From Octopus vulgaris (Eukaryota), in the NCBI GenBank assembly GCA_951406725.2, contig OX597815.1, forward strand, positions 49,910,001 through 49,974,000: a stretch of 64,000 bases of DNA, written 5' to 3'. The notes under the pieces were generated by a model. It was not told the DNA's origin, ran no database searches, and saw only the letters and a program-made list of their open reading frames with translations. The translations under genes were made by a program, and so were the position numbers. Below are positions 1-12,054 of the stretch, one piece after another. The first letter of the stretch is position 1; each line of letters starts with the position of its first letter.

Positions 1-14
1 GATTGATATATGTC

Positions 15-591
15 GAATATTAAATACATTAAATACAAAAAAAAATATGTTTACATACAAAATGGTCTGATTTACACAGAATAGAAATAATCCTTTCTGT
101 TATAGGCACAAGGCTTGAAATTTGTGCAGGGGATAGTCAATTACATCAACCCCAGTACTCAACTGGTACTTAATTTATTGACCCTGGAAAGAAGAAAGGT
201 AAAGTCAGCCTCAGCAGAATTTGAACTCAAAATGTTGCAATGGGTGAATTACCACTAAGCATTTCATCCAGTGTGCTAACGATTCTGCCAGCTCGCTGCC
301 TTACACAGGATAGAAATAATATCAAGAATTAAAGTGGTTGAAGAAGAGTATTACAAATCTAACAGCTGTTTCTGGGGACTCAGTGGTCTAAAATAATGAT
401 TGCAAATTGATTCCATTAGAGGTTTGTATCATCCGACAATGGAATCAATTTGCAATCATTATTTTTGACCACCAAGACCCAGAAACAGCTGTTAGACTTG
501 TAATACTTTTCTTCAACCATTTTAATCTTGGATATTATTTCTATTCTGTGTATGTAAGCTTTTTTTTTTGTATTTGATGTATTTAATATTC
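15..591. mobile_element. Foldback/MITE-like long inverted repeat; left arm interrupted by a SINE
   Basis: 15-91 plus 321-417 is the reverse complement of 438-591 (e.g. aataatgattgcaaattgattccatt / aatggaatcaatttgcaatcattatt), with a loop at 418-437. Confidence 0.75.
92..302 (-). mobile_element. tRNA-headed SINE, family B
   Basis: Minus strand reads aaggcagcgagctggcagaatcgttagcac...gagttcaaattc (A/B box-like). It is flanked by a ~20 bp duplication, ttacacagaatagaaataat (72-91) / ttacacaggatagaaataat (301-320). Confidence 0.85.
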
Positions 592-703
592 TTTGTATAT
601 TGACCTGCCTAATTTCCTTGTCCTTACACACAAACACACATATATAAATATATACATGCATAATAATAATAATAATGATAATAATAATAATAATAATAAT
701 AAT

Positions 704-1174
704 ATGGTATAAAAGATGGGCTACAGCAAATATTCTGCTCAATACCACTGATTTGCTTGTCAGTTGTTTGACCTTAACCAGTTGAGCATGTCCCTTAGTG
801 GCTGATGATATGTGCATCTCTGATCATGAGCAGAAGTAGTGGGGCAGCATCATAGCCATGTGTTGAGAGGGATTCTTTGGGGTTTGAATAATTCACCTCT
901 GGAAACATGGGTGGTTCTTTCAACATCCTTAAACAACCCTTATTCAGGGACCTTTGAGCGGGATGGGCTACTCAACCTGAAGAAAATTCTAACTGGGTCC
1001 CACCTGCAAGGTCATGTGCTGTTTATCTTGATATGAGATCACCATGTCGCGCACATATGGTTGTGATGCATGTGCCTGGTGTACCCTTATCAGACGGGTA
1101 GTCATGATGGGTATATTGGGCTTCGTATATTTTACCCCAGTGTCACTTTGATGGCATGAACTGCTCTTTCACTC
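704..1174 (+). mobile_element. Interspersed retroposon 3' segment with (AAT)n tail, copy 1
   Basis: Near-identical to 1208-1633 and to a reverse fragment at ~9645-9765; ends in (AAT)n. Family not assigned. Confidence 0.7.
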
Positions 1175-1207
1175 AATAATAATAATAATAGTAATAATAA
1201 TAAATAA

Positions 1208-1633
1208 TCTGCTCAATACCACAGATTTGCTTGTCAGTTGTTTGACCGTAACCAGTTGAGCATGTCCCTTAGTGGCTAATGATATGAGCAGAAGTAGTGG
1301 GGGAGCATCATAGCCATGTGTTGAGAAGGATTCTTTGGGGTTTGAATAATTCACCTCTGGAAACAAGTGTGTTTCGTTCAACATCCTTAAACAACTCTTA
1401 TTCAGGGACCTTTTGAGTGGGATGGGTTACTCGACCAGAAGAAAATTCTTATTGGGCCCCACTTGCAAGGTCATGTGCTGTTTATCTTGATATGAGATCT
1501 CCATGTCGCGCACATATGGTTGTGATGCATGTGCCTAGTGTACCCTTATCAGACGGGTAGTCATGATGGGTATATTGGGCTTCGTATATTTTACCCCAGT
1601 GTCACTTTGATGGCATGCACTGCTCTTTCACTC
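1208..1633 (+). mobile_element. Same retroposon, tandem copy 2 (5'-shorter, small internal deletion)
   Basis: Direct repeat of ~733-1174, followed by a long (AAT)n. Confidence 0.7.
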
Positions 1634-1689
<56 letters not shown>

Positions 1690-1690
<1 letters not shown>

Positions 1691-2080
1691 CTCTATATAT
1701 ATAAAGCTGAAGTTGTCTGTGTATGGCAGTTTGGTAGCCTTCAACTAACACTATCTCCTCCGAGACTCTGCGGCACAAGTTGACCAAAATTGAAAGTATG
1801 ATAGAAGAAGGTTTGCTCTTCCTTCCGTAGTAGAAAAAATTCAAATCGGACCATGTTAACACCAAAAATTATTTACATCAAAAAGGTACTTTTTTTCTAT
1901 GAAAATCCCTATTTTTTATGATTTTTTGACTGCTGTATCACCATTTTTCAGTGTATTTCAACTAGAAAAATGTTCACTTAAAGAGAATAACAAGCTACAT
2001 AATGCAAAAGTTTTACTTTTCAAAAATTCCAATTCTGAAGGGTCGAAACAAAGCCGAGCAACGCCAGGCTATACTGCCAG
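1690..2080 (+). mobile_element. Non-autonomous Helitron
   Basis: 5' end is TC (tctctatatatataaag). 3' end has a GC-rich imperfect hairpin gccgagcaacgccaggc, then tatactgccag (CTAG-like). It sits between A and T inside an (AAT)n tract, with no recognisable TSD. Confidence 0.75.
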
Positions 2081-2350
2081 TAATAATAATAATGAACTTA
2101 TTGTATACAGTGCTCAAGTTGCATGAACAATACATAGAATATGCAGAGGAAATGAACAGTGAATAAGTCTTAAATAAAGAAATAAATAGAGGTGAGGAGC
2201 ATCAGGTACACTGTTGGCAAATTTCAGGAAGCATGGAAGTTTTGAAGAATGTAGTGTTTCAACAGCTAACAACTGATGTGGGTAGTTTATTCCATGCTTC
2301 AGCAATTCTGAGCATGAAAAAAATGTTTCCAAATGTCATAGGTGCTGTTC
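2081..2350 (-). mobile_element. CR1-type LINE 3' end
   Basis: Minus strand encodes LRIAEAWNKLPTSVVS...FKTSML, the CR1 ORF2 C-terminus, with an (ATT)n tail. Same family as 18505-18850. Confidence 0.75.
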
Positions 2351-3126
2351 AGTTCATTGCTGGAAAATCTGATCTATAATATGCATTAAATTAGTGTATA
2401 AGTGGCTGAATACTCCACAGACATCTGTACCCTTGATATCATTCTCAAGATGAATCAGCATGATGCAGTGTGACAAAACTGGTCCTTTGAATTTCAGGTA
2501 AAATCCATTATGCAAGCTTCTGCACAGTTTCCATTAACCCAATTTCATTTGTATGATCTGGATATACTCGAGAGTATGGAAAATGACACTTGCTCAAGAT
2601 GCCATACAGTGAATTTGAAACCAGACGACATAAATGCAAACCAAATTTCTTCACCAATAGACCAAATTGTTCCTGAAGTATACATACAAACATACATATA
2701 AGCATATGCATAAACATACATGCATATATAAATGTGTGTGTGTGTGTGTGTATGTGTGTGTGTGTACATACGTATGTATGTAAGCTGGCTTTTTTCTTTT
2801 TGAAATATGAAAAACACGTTTAATGTAATTGCCACATTTCTCTAATTGCTTTTATTACTTTCATTAAATGCCTGTCTTTCTTGTAAGTTTTTCTAATTTA
2901 AAATTTGTTTTTCAATTGAAAAATTAATATTTGGAAATTTAAAACAAAGCTTATTCTTTCAAAGCAAATGCCAGGGCTTTGTCACTGAAATGTGCAGAAG
3001 GCCTGAGCAATAAAACTGAATTATAGGATTATTAATAAGCCAAGCGATGAAGTTCACATAAAGAACGAATGTCCCTATGGAAATATTGGAAAAACTATAA
3101 CTATATACAGAAAAGGATAAAAATAT

Positions 3127-3185
<59 letters not shown>

Positions 3186-3914
3186 CTATGTATGCTTGTA
3201 GATCCATCCATACACACATACTTTCATATGTATGTGTGTGTGTAAACGTGCATTCATTTACATGCATATATTGAGTCGTGAATGTTAATGATATTTTAGT
3301 TTGGAAGAAAATGTATTAAATTTATATTTCATGAAGTATTGATTTTTTTTTCCCTAAAACATACTCTCATAATTTCTCATCATTTTTGTTTATAAATTGA
3401 ACTTTTTGACGACTTGTATCTTCAATACTAAAGCTGTCTTGGTATATTTATATCACTTTCTACATGTCCATCTATGTCTCTGTCTAGCTTCCTAAATATT
3501 TTATGTACCTATATCTTTGCCATATATATATAGAAATATATTTTCATCCTAGCTTTAATTTTGAGTTCATGACTTTCTTTCACAAAATTTAATAGCATAA
3601 TTTTTCGTTTTCTCTTCTTTTTTTTTTCAATAAGGTAATTTTCATGAACATATTTAAAGAAGAGGCTGATCATTTTGAATTATTGATGTCTATGTTTTAT
3701 ACATTTTTTTTTTGTTCTAGCTGGAAGAAAATTGTCCATATCATGTATAAAGATCTTTTGGAAGGTGGATGGTCAAAGACATTAAAGTTTATATTATGCT
3801 TAAGTAGAAAAATTATGGTAGGAAGAATATACATGACCGGAATCAAATTTTGGGAGTTATCCAATTTTATAGTAAAAGATTACAAACACTCTTTAGTATG
3901 AAGGTCAAAAGGTA

Positions 3915-4285
3915 TCTTTCACTTGTTTTCAGTCATTGGACTGTGGCCATGCTGGGACACCACTTTTAAGGGTTTTAATGAAACAAATCATCTCCAGTAC
4001 GTATTTATTTAAGGTTCGTACTTATTTTATGTTTCTTTTGCTGAACTGCTAAGTTATGGTGATACAAACAAACCAACATAGTTGATAAGCAGTGGTGAGG
4101 AACAAACTTAAACATAAAGACATGCATGCATATATACATATTACAGGCTTCCACACAGTTTCCATCTACCAAAATAAACAAACTGGTCTACTCAGAGTTA
4201 TAGTAGAAGACATTTGCCAAGGGTGTTGCACAGCAGAGCTGAAGCCAAAACTATGAAGCTGCAAAACAAGTTTCTTAACTTGAGA
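3915..4285 (-). mobile_element. SINE family A (CR1-like tail), degenerate
   Basis: Contains cagtcattggactgtggccatgctggg and tatagtagaagacatttgccaagggtg, matching other family A copies. Confidence 0.75.
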
Positions 4286-4325
4286 GAGAAAATGGTGTGT
4301 GTGTGTGGGGGGGGAATAAACAGAA

Positions 4326-4400
<75 letters not shown>

Positions 4401-4412
4401 TGCATACATACA

Positions 4413-4850
4413 CATTGGGTTGTCCGGAAAGTTCATGCCAATTTAAAGTAGCTTACCTTTCGACTTATTTTAGAACATGGTTGAGTCCATAAAATAGGAT
4501 TTGACTACACCTCCATTTAGAGCACAGTTTAAGCTATCTTTTCGTGGAAGAAGATTTATGTTCCTATAACCTGTGTTAATTCTATAACCCTTTAAAATGG
4601 AAGATAAGAAAGTTCATTTTCAGCACTTGATGCTTTGGGAACCAGAAAAAAATTGCAGCAGCTCAGCTGGGATGTGTTACCCCCACCCTCCATATTCACG
4701 AGATATTGCCCCTTCAGATTTTCACTTATTCAGATCTCTGCAGAATAGTCTTAATGGTAAAAATTTCAATTCCTTGGATGACATAAAAAGATACCTTGAT
4801 GAATTCTTTGCCATGAAACCACCTCAATTCTGAGAAGAGGATATTTTCAT
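4413..4850 (+). pseudogene. Internally deleted mariner (DD34D) transposon
   Basis: TIR-like ttgggttgtccggaaagttc. N-terminal MEDKKVHFQHLMLWE is fused to HPPYSRDIAPSDFHLFRSLQNSL, the mariner YSPDLAP motif. Confidence 0.85.
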
Positions 4851-4874
4851 ATATATATCTACTGTAAGAACATT

Positions 4875-5125
4875 ATCATCATCATCATTGTTTTAACATC
4901 TACTTTTGCATGTTTGCATGAGTCTGTGGAATTTTATTGAGGTGGATTTTCTACAGCTGGATGTCTTTGCTGTCACCACCCCTCACCTGTTTCTGAGTAG
5001 AGTGATATTTCCCCATTACCAGATATATTTTAAACAGAAGACAAAGAACAAAGAGCCCCACTTGCATAATAGGGACATTCATTTCCAGCTATCACTCAAT
5101 GTCAGGGCAAGGAGAAAATAACACA
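4875..5125 (-). mobile_element. SINE family A 3' part with RTE-type tail
   Basis: (atc)n tail, ttctacagctggatg and cctcacctgttt...atttcccca are shared with 17790-18230 and 22510-23090. Confidence 0.65.
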
Positions 5126-5176
5126 TACATACACTCACACCCATTGACACATACACATACCCACATAAGATATACA

Positions 5177-5640
5177 AATGGACCCTGAATGCAGAAGACA
5201 TGCAAAGGTTAGAAAAGAATGAGGCTAGTATTCGCTGCTGGATGTGTGATATTAGTGTACATGTTTGACAGAGTGACAGTGTTCTGAAAGAGAAGTTAGG
5301 CATAAGAGGAATTGGTCGCTGTGTGCAAGAGAGCAGACTGCACTGGTCTGGTCATGTGATGTGGACAGCTCCATAAAGAAGTTCTGATTTCTCAAATTGG
5401 ATAGAACATGTGGAAATGGGAGGCTAGGAAGACATGGGATGAAGTACTGAAGAACAACCTCAGGAAGCTGAACCTTTCAGGGAAAATGACGAAGGACCAA
5501 GATCCTTGGTGCCTGGCCATACTCAAGAAGACCCATACCCTGCAACAGAAGTGTTAAGACTGATCCTACTGATGGTGTAAAGCATTCATGGCAGTGTTAC
5601 GTAAAATTGCCTGTGCAGTGCCACATAAAAACACCCATGG
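5177..5640 (+). pseudogene. Degenerate RTE LINE ORF C-terminus and 3' UTR
   Basis: WTLNAEDMQRLEKNEASIRCWMC...LKEKLGIRGIGRCVQESRLHWSGHV aligns with the C-terminus of the 13374 ORF; stops are present. Confidence 0.85.
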
Positions 5641-5684
5641 CATATTAACGATTCTACTAGTTCGCTGCCTTAATAATAACAATA

Positions 5685-5905
5685 ATATTGGCTTCAAATT
5701 TTGGCCCTAGGCCAGCAATTTCAAGAGATCAGTTAAGTCAATTACATCAATCCTAGTGCTCAACTGGTACTTAGTTTATTGACACTGAATGGATGAAAGA
5801 CAAAGCCAACTTCAATAGAATTTGAACCCAGAACTTAACGATGAATGAAATGCCACTAAGTATGTTCACTGGTGTGCTAATAATCATGCCAGCTCACCAC
5901 CCAAT
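5685..5905 (-). mobile_element. SINE family B
   Basis: Similar to 92-302 (caactggtacttagtttattgac...gaatttgaac...gccagctc). Confidence 0.8.
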
Positions 5906-6061
5906 AAGGAAATGCAAAAAGAGTCCAAATTATATCTTTACTGGTAAGGATTCTTTCTCTGAGTGATGAATAGACTGTTTGATGTTGTAGGCGAAGTGCA
6001 TTATTGCAGGGTTGTGAAACATGGGCACAGAATATGGAGGATCTGTAAAGAAATAAGGCAC

Positions 6062-6163
6062 ATTACTTACATTTGACGGATATTTGTCCTCATCTTGTTT
6101 GTTGTTAACACAACGTTTCAGCTAATATCCCCTCCAGCCTTCATCCTAAGGTATTTTTTGATG

Positions 6164-6205
<42 letters not shown>

Positions 6206-6790
6206 TCACTGCTCTTAACCACTCTTAACCACTCTTAACCATGCTCTTAACCACTACGCCATGTGTCCATGAGCAATTACGGAGTGAATTTTAGGGCTTA
6301 TAAATCTAATATTCTCCTATCCTTCCTTAATACCAGTTCCCATATGCTGTTCATGTGCTAAGCACTGGGTCTGCTTAGGAGGTTGCTGTGTCCTAGCATA
6401 TGTGCTGCTGCTTTTAGTTTTCATATTTTTCAGTGGTGTTCTCTGTCTATTACTTTAACTTCATCTCACAGGGGGAGGTGGTCTCCATTTTTCCATACAA
6501 GATCAGCTGTACCTGATTTATCCATATCTCCTCATGTCACAGTTTTGCGATGTTTCTCTACCCTTATTTTGAAGGGGCAGCAGGTTTCACCTTTGTGTAA
6601 CCTACCACAGCTGCATGAGATGGAGTACATGCAATTCTTAGTCATATTCTCTTCAATTGGTGGTTTTATTTGGAGATATTTGCGAAGTGTTGTATTACTT
6701 CTGAATACTGTCCTGATGTCATATGGGCCGCATATCTTTTGTATCTTTTCGGAGAGGCCTTTCACATAGTATAGACAGACTGTGGAGGTT
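6062..6790 (-). pseudogene. Penelope-like element: GIY-YIG endonuclease remnant plus 3' region with tRNA-like box and broken hammerhead
   Basis: YVKGLSEKIQKIC...NCMYSISCSCGRLHKGETCCPFKIRVEKHRK is a PLE GIY-YIG pattern. Downstream are ggcgtagtggttaagagc and gatgaaggctgg...agctgaaacgtt. Confidence 0.85.
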
Positions 6791-8257
6791 TACATGAAAG
6801 CTGAGGCACAAAAAGATTGAGGGGGAAGAGAAGAGGTAAGAAGAATCAGATGAAGTGGACAAGAGAGAAGAATAAAGTGGTACAGACATGAGATGCATAT
6901 GGTGAAAGAGAGTGAAAGACCAGAGACACCCATAGGAGTAAAACAAGGAAAATGTAACAAGTGGTGAAGGAGGATCTTGGAATAATGAACCTCATGAAAA
7001 TGACAAACTGTTGCCCCACATACTAAGATATTATGCTGGAGATAATCTGTCCATTGCAGCCAAGCATGGGATAAAAATGACATAAAATTTTGTGTGTGTA
7101 TGTGTGTGTGTGTGTCTGTGTCGGTGTGTGTGCTTGTATCTGTCTGTCTAGCTATCTATCTATCAAATTTATATATATGTTTGTATATGTATGTGTTTAC
7201 ATATGTATGTATGCATGTCTGTGTATATATCTTTATATTCCTGTATGCATGTATGTATATGTATGCACATACATACGTATTTTTGCTTGTAAATGTATGT
7301 GTGTGTATATGTGTATACACACATACACACACACACAAACACACATACATATATTGCAACATTATTTATTTATTTCAAGAATAAAATATTTCTTTTCTGT
7401 TTTTTTTTTTTTAAAGAAATTAACAGTAGAATGATGCTACTGAAAGTACAAACCTGGTCATTATGTTAGTGGCAGTGGTGACGGAGGAGGTGGTGGTGGT
7501 GTCAGTAGTGATGTTTTTTTTTTGTAATGATGAAAGGGAGGAACTAGTAGTTATTGCTGTGAGCTGTCCTTAAAATATCTTACATACTGTTATCTTTTTC
7601 ATTGTTTTTTTTAGCTTATATTTTTTCTTTTCAAATTTTGTCATCATACTCAAGCAGACACCATGATATGCATGATTGTTGTTGATTTTTTTTTTAAAAG
7701 ACCCACCACCACCACCATCACTACCACTACCACTTCTTTGGTTATTTTGATTGCTATCCATGTTGTTTGTAATGGGTGATGGGTGATGCTATTAGCTATG
7801 CAATGCTGGTGATGGCAGTATTTTGATGATTTTTATTTAATGTTGATGATAACGATGTTGCTATACGTTGTTAGTGAACAATCTGTCGGGAGGTGGCTTC
7901 AGTGTCAGAATTTTGGTGTTGAGAATAATGGAATAAATAAAAGTAAAATCACAAAAAAAAAAGATAAAATAAAATAAGATTAAAAAAAAAAATGTAAATC
8001 TTTTCAACTAACTATATCTACAGCATTTTGCACTTGTTCCGGTGGTTCGTATGCATACATAAATGCATAACAGGTAAGAGATTTACCAGTGTAAACATAT
8101 ACCACAGCAGCCGTGACCTTGTTTACAAACTGCCCTATTAAGGGGTTGCTATGGTGACATGAGAGTGTATGTATATAGATGTGTGTGTGAATGTGTGTGT
8201 CTGAGGGTTGTTTCAAAGTACGTACACACATATTTGTTCATACATACAAGCATCCCT

Positions 8258-8302
<45 letters not shown>

Positions 8303-8380
8303 ATATGTGTGTATATATGTATGTGTATACATGCATATATATATATATATATATATATTATACATTATATTACACACACC

Positions 8381-8412
<32 letters not shown>

Positions 8413-8428
8413 AGTAGAATATAAATGC

Positions 8429-8459
<31 letters not shown>

Positions 8460-10379
8460 CATATATTTATCTAATTATTTATATATATACATACATATAT
8501 TTACATATATATATATACATATATAAACACACACATATTTATGGATAGATATGTGCATACACACACGTACATATATATTTACGAATATATACATGCACAT
8601 ATATATATGTATGTGTATGTATGTATGCATGTATGTATGTATGTATGTATGTATGTATGTATGTATGTATGTATGTATACATTTACATGCATATAAGTAC
8701 TCATACACAATTATTTACATTCTCTCATTAGATGGTTAGGTGTCTAAAGTTTATATCAGCAAGTTTTTCTTTTGTTTTGTTTGCTTATTATGAGTTGGGT
8801 CACTGTTAAACCTTTAGAAATTCTTGCACAAGGAAAGAAAAAACAAAAAAAAAGCAATAAAAGAAACTTGCACAAAAAAAAGAAAGAAACAATCTGAATC
8901 TGTTTGTTCTTTTGCTTATCAAAGAATCAAAATACATTTATTGATTTAACAGCCTAAACTCTATTGTAACACGCTTCTTCTAGTCTATGAGAACAAAAAC
9001 TGAGCTTTGTATGAACTAAAGGCATTCAATGATTTTAATTGTGTCCAAAAGAATTTTTTTATTTTTTTTATTTATTACTGGGACACCGTCTTTAAAAGTT
9101 AGGCTTAGGTTCTGTTTGAATAAAACACAGATATACAAACGGCCCTCTAGTATTCATGTGGAAACAAACAGTGATCTCTTCACCCTTAAATCACTGCATC
9201 CAACAAAAAAAGTCACCATTTGATTCAATATTTGTGACAATATTTTATCACCAGGACATTTTTAGGATGTTGGAATTACTGGAACTGGTGAATTTTTGTT
9301 GTTATTAATGTTTTCGGAGTCTGAGAGAATGTAATAAAAGCCTACATATATCAAATCTCTCTCTCTCTCTCTCTCTCTTTTTGATTATTAATTTTGCTCC
9401 TTTATACAAAATATTTCTAAGATATGCCATAGCTGTAAAAAAATAAACTAGCTACATATATGAATTACTTTTAACTTCAGTTTTTCTTTCCAACTTTTAA
9501 TGCATTTGTCATCTTAGTTTTTTTTAACAACAATGTAATATAATTTTTGTCCTTGGGTAACATCTGCTATTTCCTATTTGCTCACCAGTAGAAAGTTTGA
9601 AAAATGGCTAATATTTTCTTCAAACTTTACTTTTGCTACATCAAATCAAATCCCAAAGAATCCCTCTCAGTTAATGGCTATGATGCTCCCCCACTACTCC
9701 TGCTCATGATGAAAAATGCACATACTAAGGGACATGCTCAACTGGTTAGAGTCAAGCAAATATTTGCTATAATGCTATTTCTGCTTCAGCAACTCAGCAC
9801 TAAATCTGCCTGAAATGTAATGGGAAATAGGTCAGTTTCAAAACAATGACATCCAGGCAAGAAAAGCAAGGCTTGAAGGGTACAGTAGTCATTTCCTTTG
9901 ATTTCTAGATGGAATCAAATAGGAAATAACACTTCCTGACCAAAGACAAAAAAAAAAAGTTAAAATTTTATTATACTATATAATTTAGTTGTAAAAAGTG
10001 CATATAAACATTTTCAGAAATGTCTAGTCTTATTCAAATTCACAAGTCATTCTTATATCTGCAACCATAACAATACCAATTGCTCTACATTCATTTTCAA
10101 TTTCATCACTAAAACAGAAGCAAGCTTAAAATGAAGTAATTGAAGTAAAATTAGTCTCCTACATTTCTTCATTTCGCATACATGCTAAAGGAGTTTCAAG
10201 GTTTCGTGACAAAACATAGCTTGAAACTCATTCAGCATTGATACTAATTTTAAGAAAATGTTTTATAACTTACAAATTTGTAAAGTGAAAGTTTAAAAAG
10301 CTTGAACTGAGATTTAACAGATGCATTTCTGCTAAAATATGTGCATTTGTATGAGATTAAAATAATATCTTCCAAGCAA

Positions 10380-11075
10380 TTTGACATCTGCCCCAAGGAA
10401 ATATAAGCTAAGAGCATTACATTCCTTGGAAGAAAGCAGTGAATGTATACGAAACAAGGATAGGAAAGAAAACCAGAAATGTTACACAAATACAAATAAC
10501 AGGACATAACAATAGGTGTCTTTTGACTAAGGATGAATTAAATTAAGCTGGTGTGTGTGGAAGTAAAGCCTTACGGCAGGGACATACGATTTAACAAGCA
10601 CAGGAAGGAATATAGATGTTGCATGGGCAGTAGTCCAACCAAGAAAGAAAGGTCAGGCCTGGCAAACACCGGTCACGTAGGGAGAGAAGAGAGAGAGGTA
10701 GAGGCAGAGGGATAGAAGAATTAAGAAGGGGCGAGAGAAAAACGAAAGAGACACAGTGAAGTGAAAGAGGGGAAGTGAGCATGAAGAGAAGGCCAGGAAA
10801 TGTGAGAGAGGGGGAACGAAAGAATGAAGAGTAGAATGAACAAAGTGTGAAAGGGCTGAAAGAAAGAAGGAAAGAATGAAAAAATACAAAGAACAATATT
10901 GTTCTTTGTATTCCTTTTCTTCTCTTTGTATTCTTTCATTCTTTTGTTGTTTGTATTCTTTCATTTTTTTGTTCTTTTCTCACACCATCTGAGATGAAGG
11001 GATATATAAAATATCACTGAAACAGCTGTAAGACCTTCTCTTAATAAATGTTCTGAAGATTATTCACAGCCTTTG
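10380..11075. mobile_element. Two opposed repeat fragments joined by a palindrome; the plus-strand part is Penelope-like and carries a minimal hammerhead-like motif
   Basis: Perfect 30 bp palindrome at 10883-10912. ctgagatga-agggatat..atatcact-gaaa-cagctg-ta at 10989-11030. Confidence 0.5.
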
Positions 11076-11099
11076 ATTTTATATATATGTATATATATG

Positions 11100-11345
11100 T
11101 GTCAGTGGCACATAAAAAGCACCATCTGAGCATGGTCAATGCAGCTCTACTGACCCTGTGCCAGTGGCATGTAAAATGCACCCACTATACTCATGGACTG
11201 GTTGGTGTTAGGAAGGGCATCCAGCTGTAGAAACACTGCCAGATCAAATTGGGGTCTGTTGCAGCCTTCTGGCTTCCCAAACCCCATCGAACAGTCTAAG
11301 CCATACCAGCATGGAAAATGGACGTTAAATGATGATGATGATGAT
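11100..11345 (+). mobile_element. RTE LINE 3' UTR fragment with (gat)n tail
   Basis: ggtgttaggaagggcatccagctgtagaaacactgccagat matches the 3' UTR of the 12861-15110 element. Confidence 0.8.
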
Positions 11346-11350
11346 ATATA

Positions 11351-11443
<93 letters not shown>

Positions 11444-11454
11444 GTATATCCTCC

Positions 11455-11592
11455 TCATCATCATCGGTTAATAACCGCTTTCCATGCTGGCATGGGTAGG
11501 ACTGGTTAGCCAGAGGCTGCACCAGGCTCAGTCTGATCTGGCAAAGCTTCTACAGCATGATGCCCTTCCTAACACCAACCAGTCCAAGTGTA
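11455..11592 (-). mobile_element. RTE LINE 3' UTR fragment
   Basis: Same UTR in the opposite orientation, tail-to-tail with 11100-11345. Confidence 0.75.
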
Positions 11593-11608
11593 GTAAAGAT
11601 ACGGAAGC

Positions 11609-11679
11609 CTCCCTTGTGGGGAATCGAGACCCAGTCTCCTGCATGACAGGCAGAGATACTTATTACTATACTACCAAGA
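11609..11679 (-). pseudogene. tRNA-Asp(GTC)-derived sequence
   Basis: Minus strand tcttggtagtatagtaataagtatctctgcctGTCatgcaggagactgggtctcgattccccacaagggag is colinear with eukaryotic tRNA-Asp. The D-loop GG and T-loop GTTC are mutated. Confidence 0.75.
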
Positions 11680-12054
11680 TATATAGATACATATATGTTT
11701 TGCTACTACTGCCATTTAAGCCGCAGGTCATTCGAACACAAGACAGCTAAAAACAACCACGTGGATCCTGTTGAGACCAGTAAGAAACAATTATGAACTT
11801 TTTTATTACACTTAACTTTTAAAAATATTTTTGATAAGGTTCGTTTTTTCAAGAAGAACCGAAACATGTAAAATTTCTAAGAAAATTAGAATTTATCTTA
11901 TATAGTGGCGTTTTCAAACTTCTTTTTTATAAATATATATATATGTGTGTGTGTGTGTGTATATATATATAGATATGTGTATATATATATGTATATATAT
12001 ACAGATATATATATGTGTATATATATGTATATATATAGATATATTTATGTGTAT

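Noticed and set aside
8026-8046. ttgcacttgttccgg resembling miR-92
   Set aside because: The seed start does not match (ttttgcac versus attgcac), and no complementary arm for a precursor hairpin was found.
7090-8739. Many ORFs rich in Y/I/C/V/H/T (also at 24180-25265, 36664-37197 and 54505-55056)
   Set aside because: They are translations of (TA)/(TG)/(TATG) microsatellites, which lack stop codons in several frames.
11609-11679. Functional tRNA-Asp gene
   Set aside because: The invariant D-loop GG and T-loop motif are mutated and the acceptor stem is imperfect, so it is recorded as a pseudogene.
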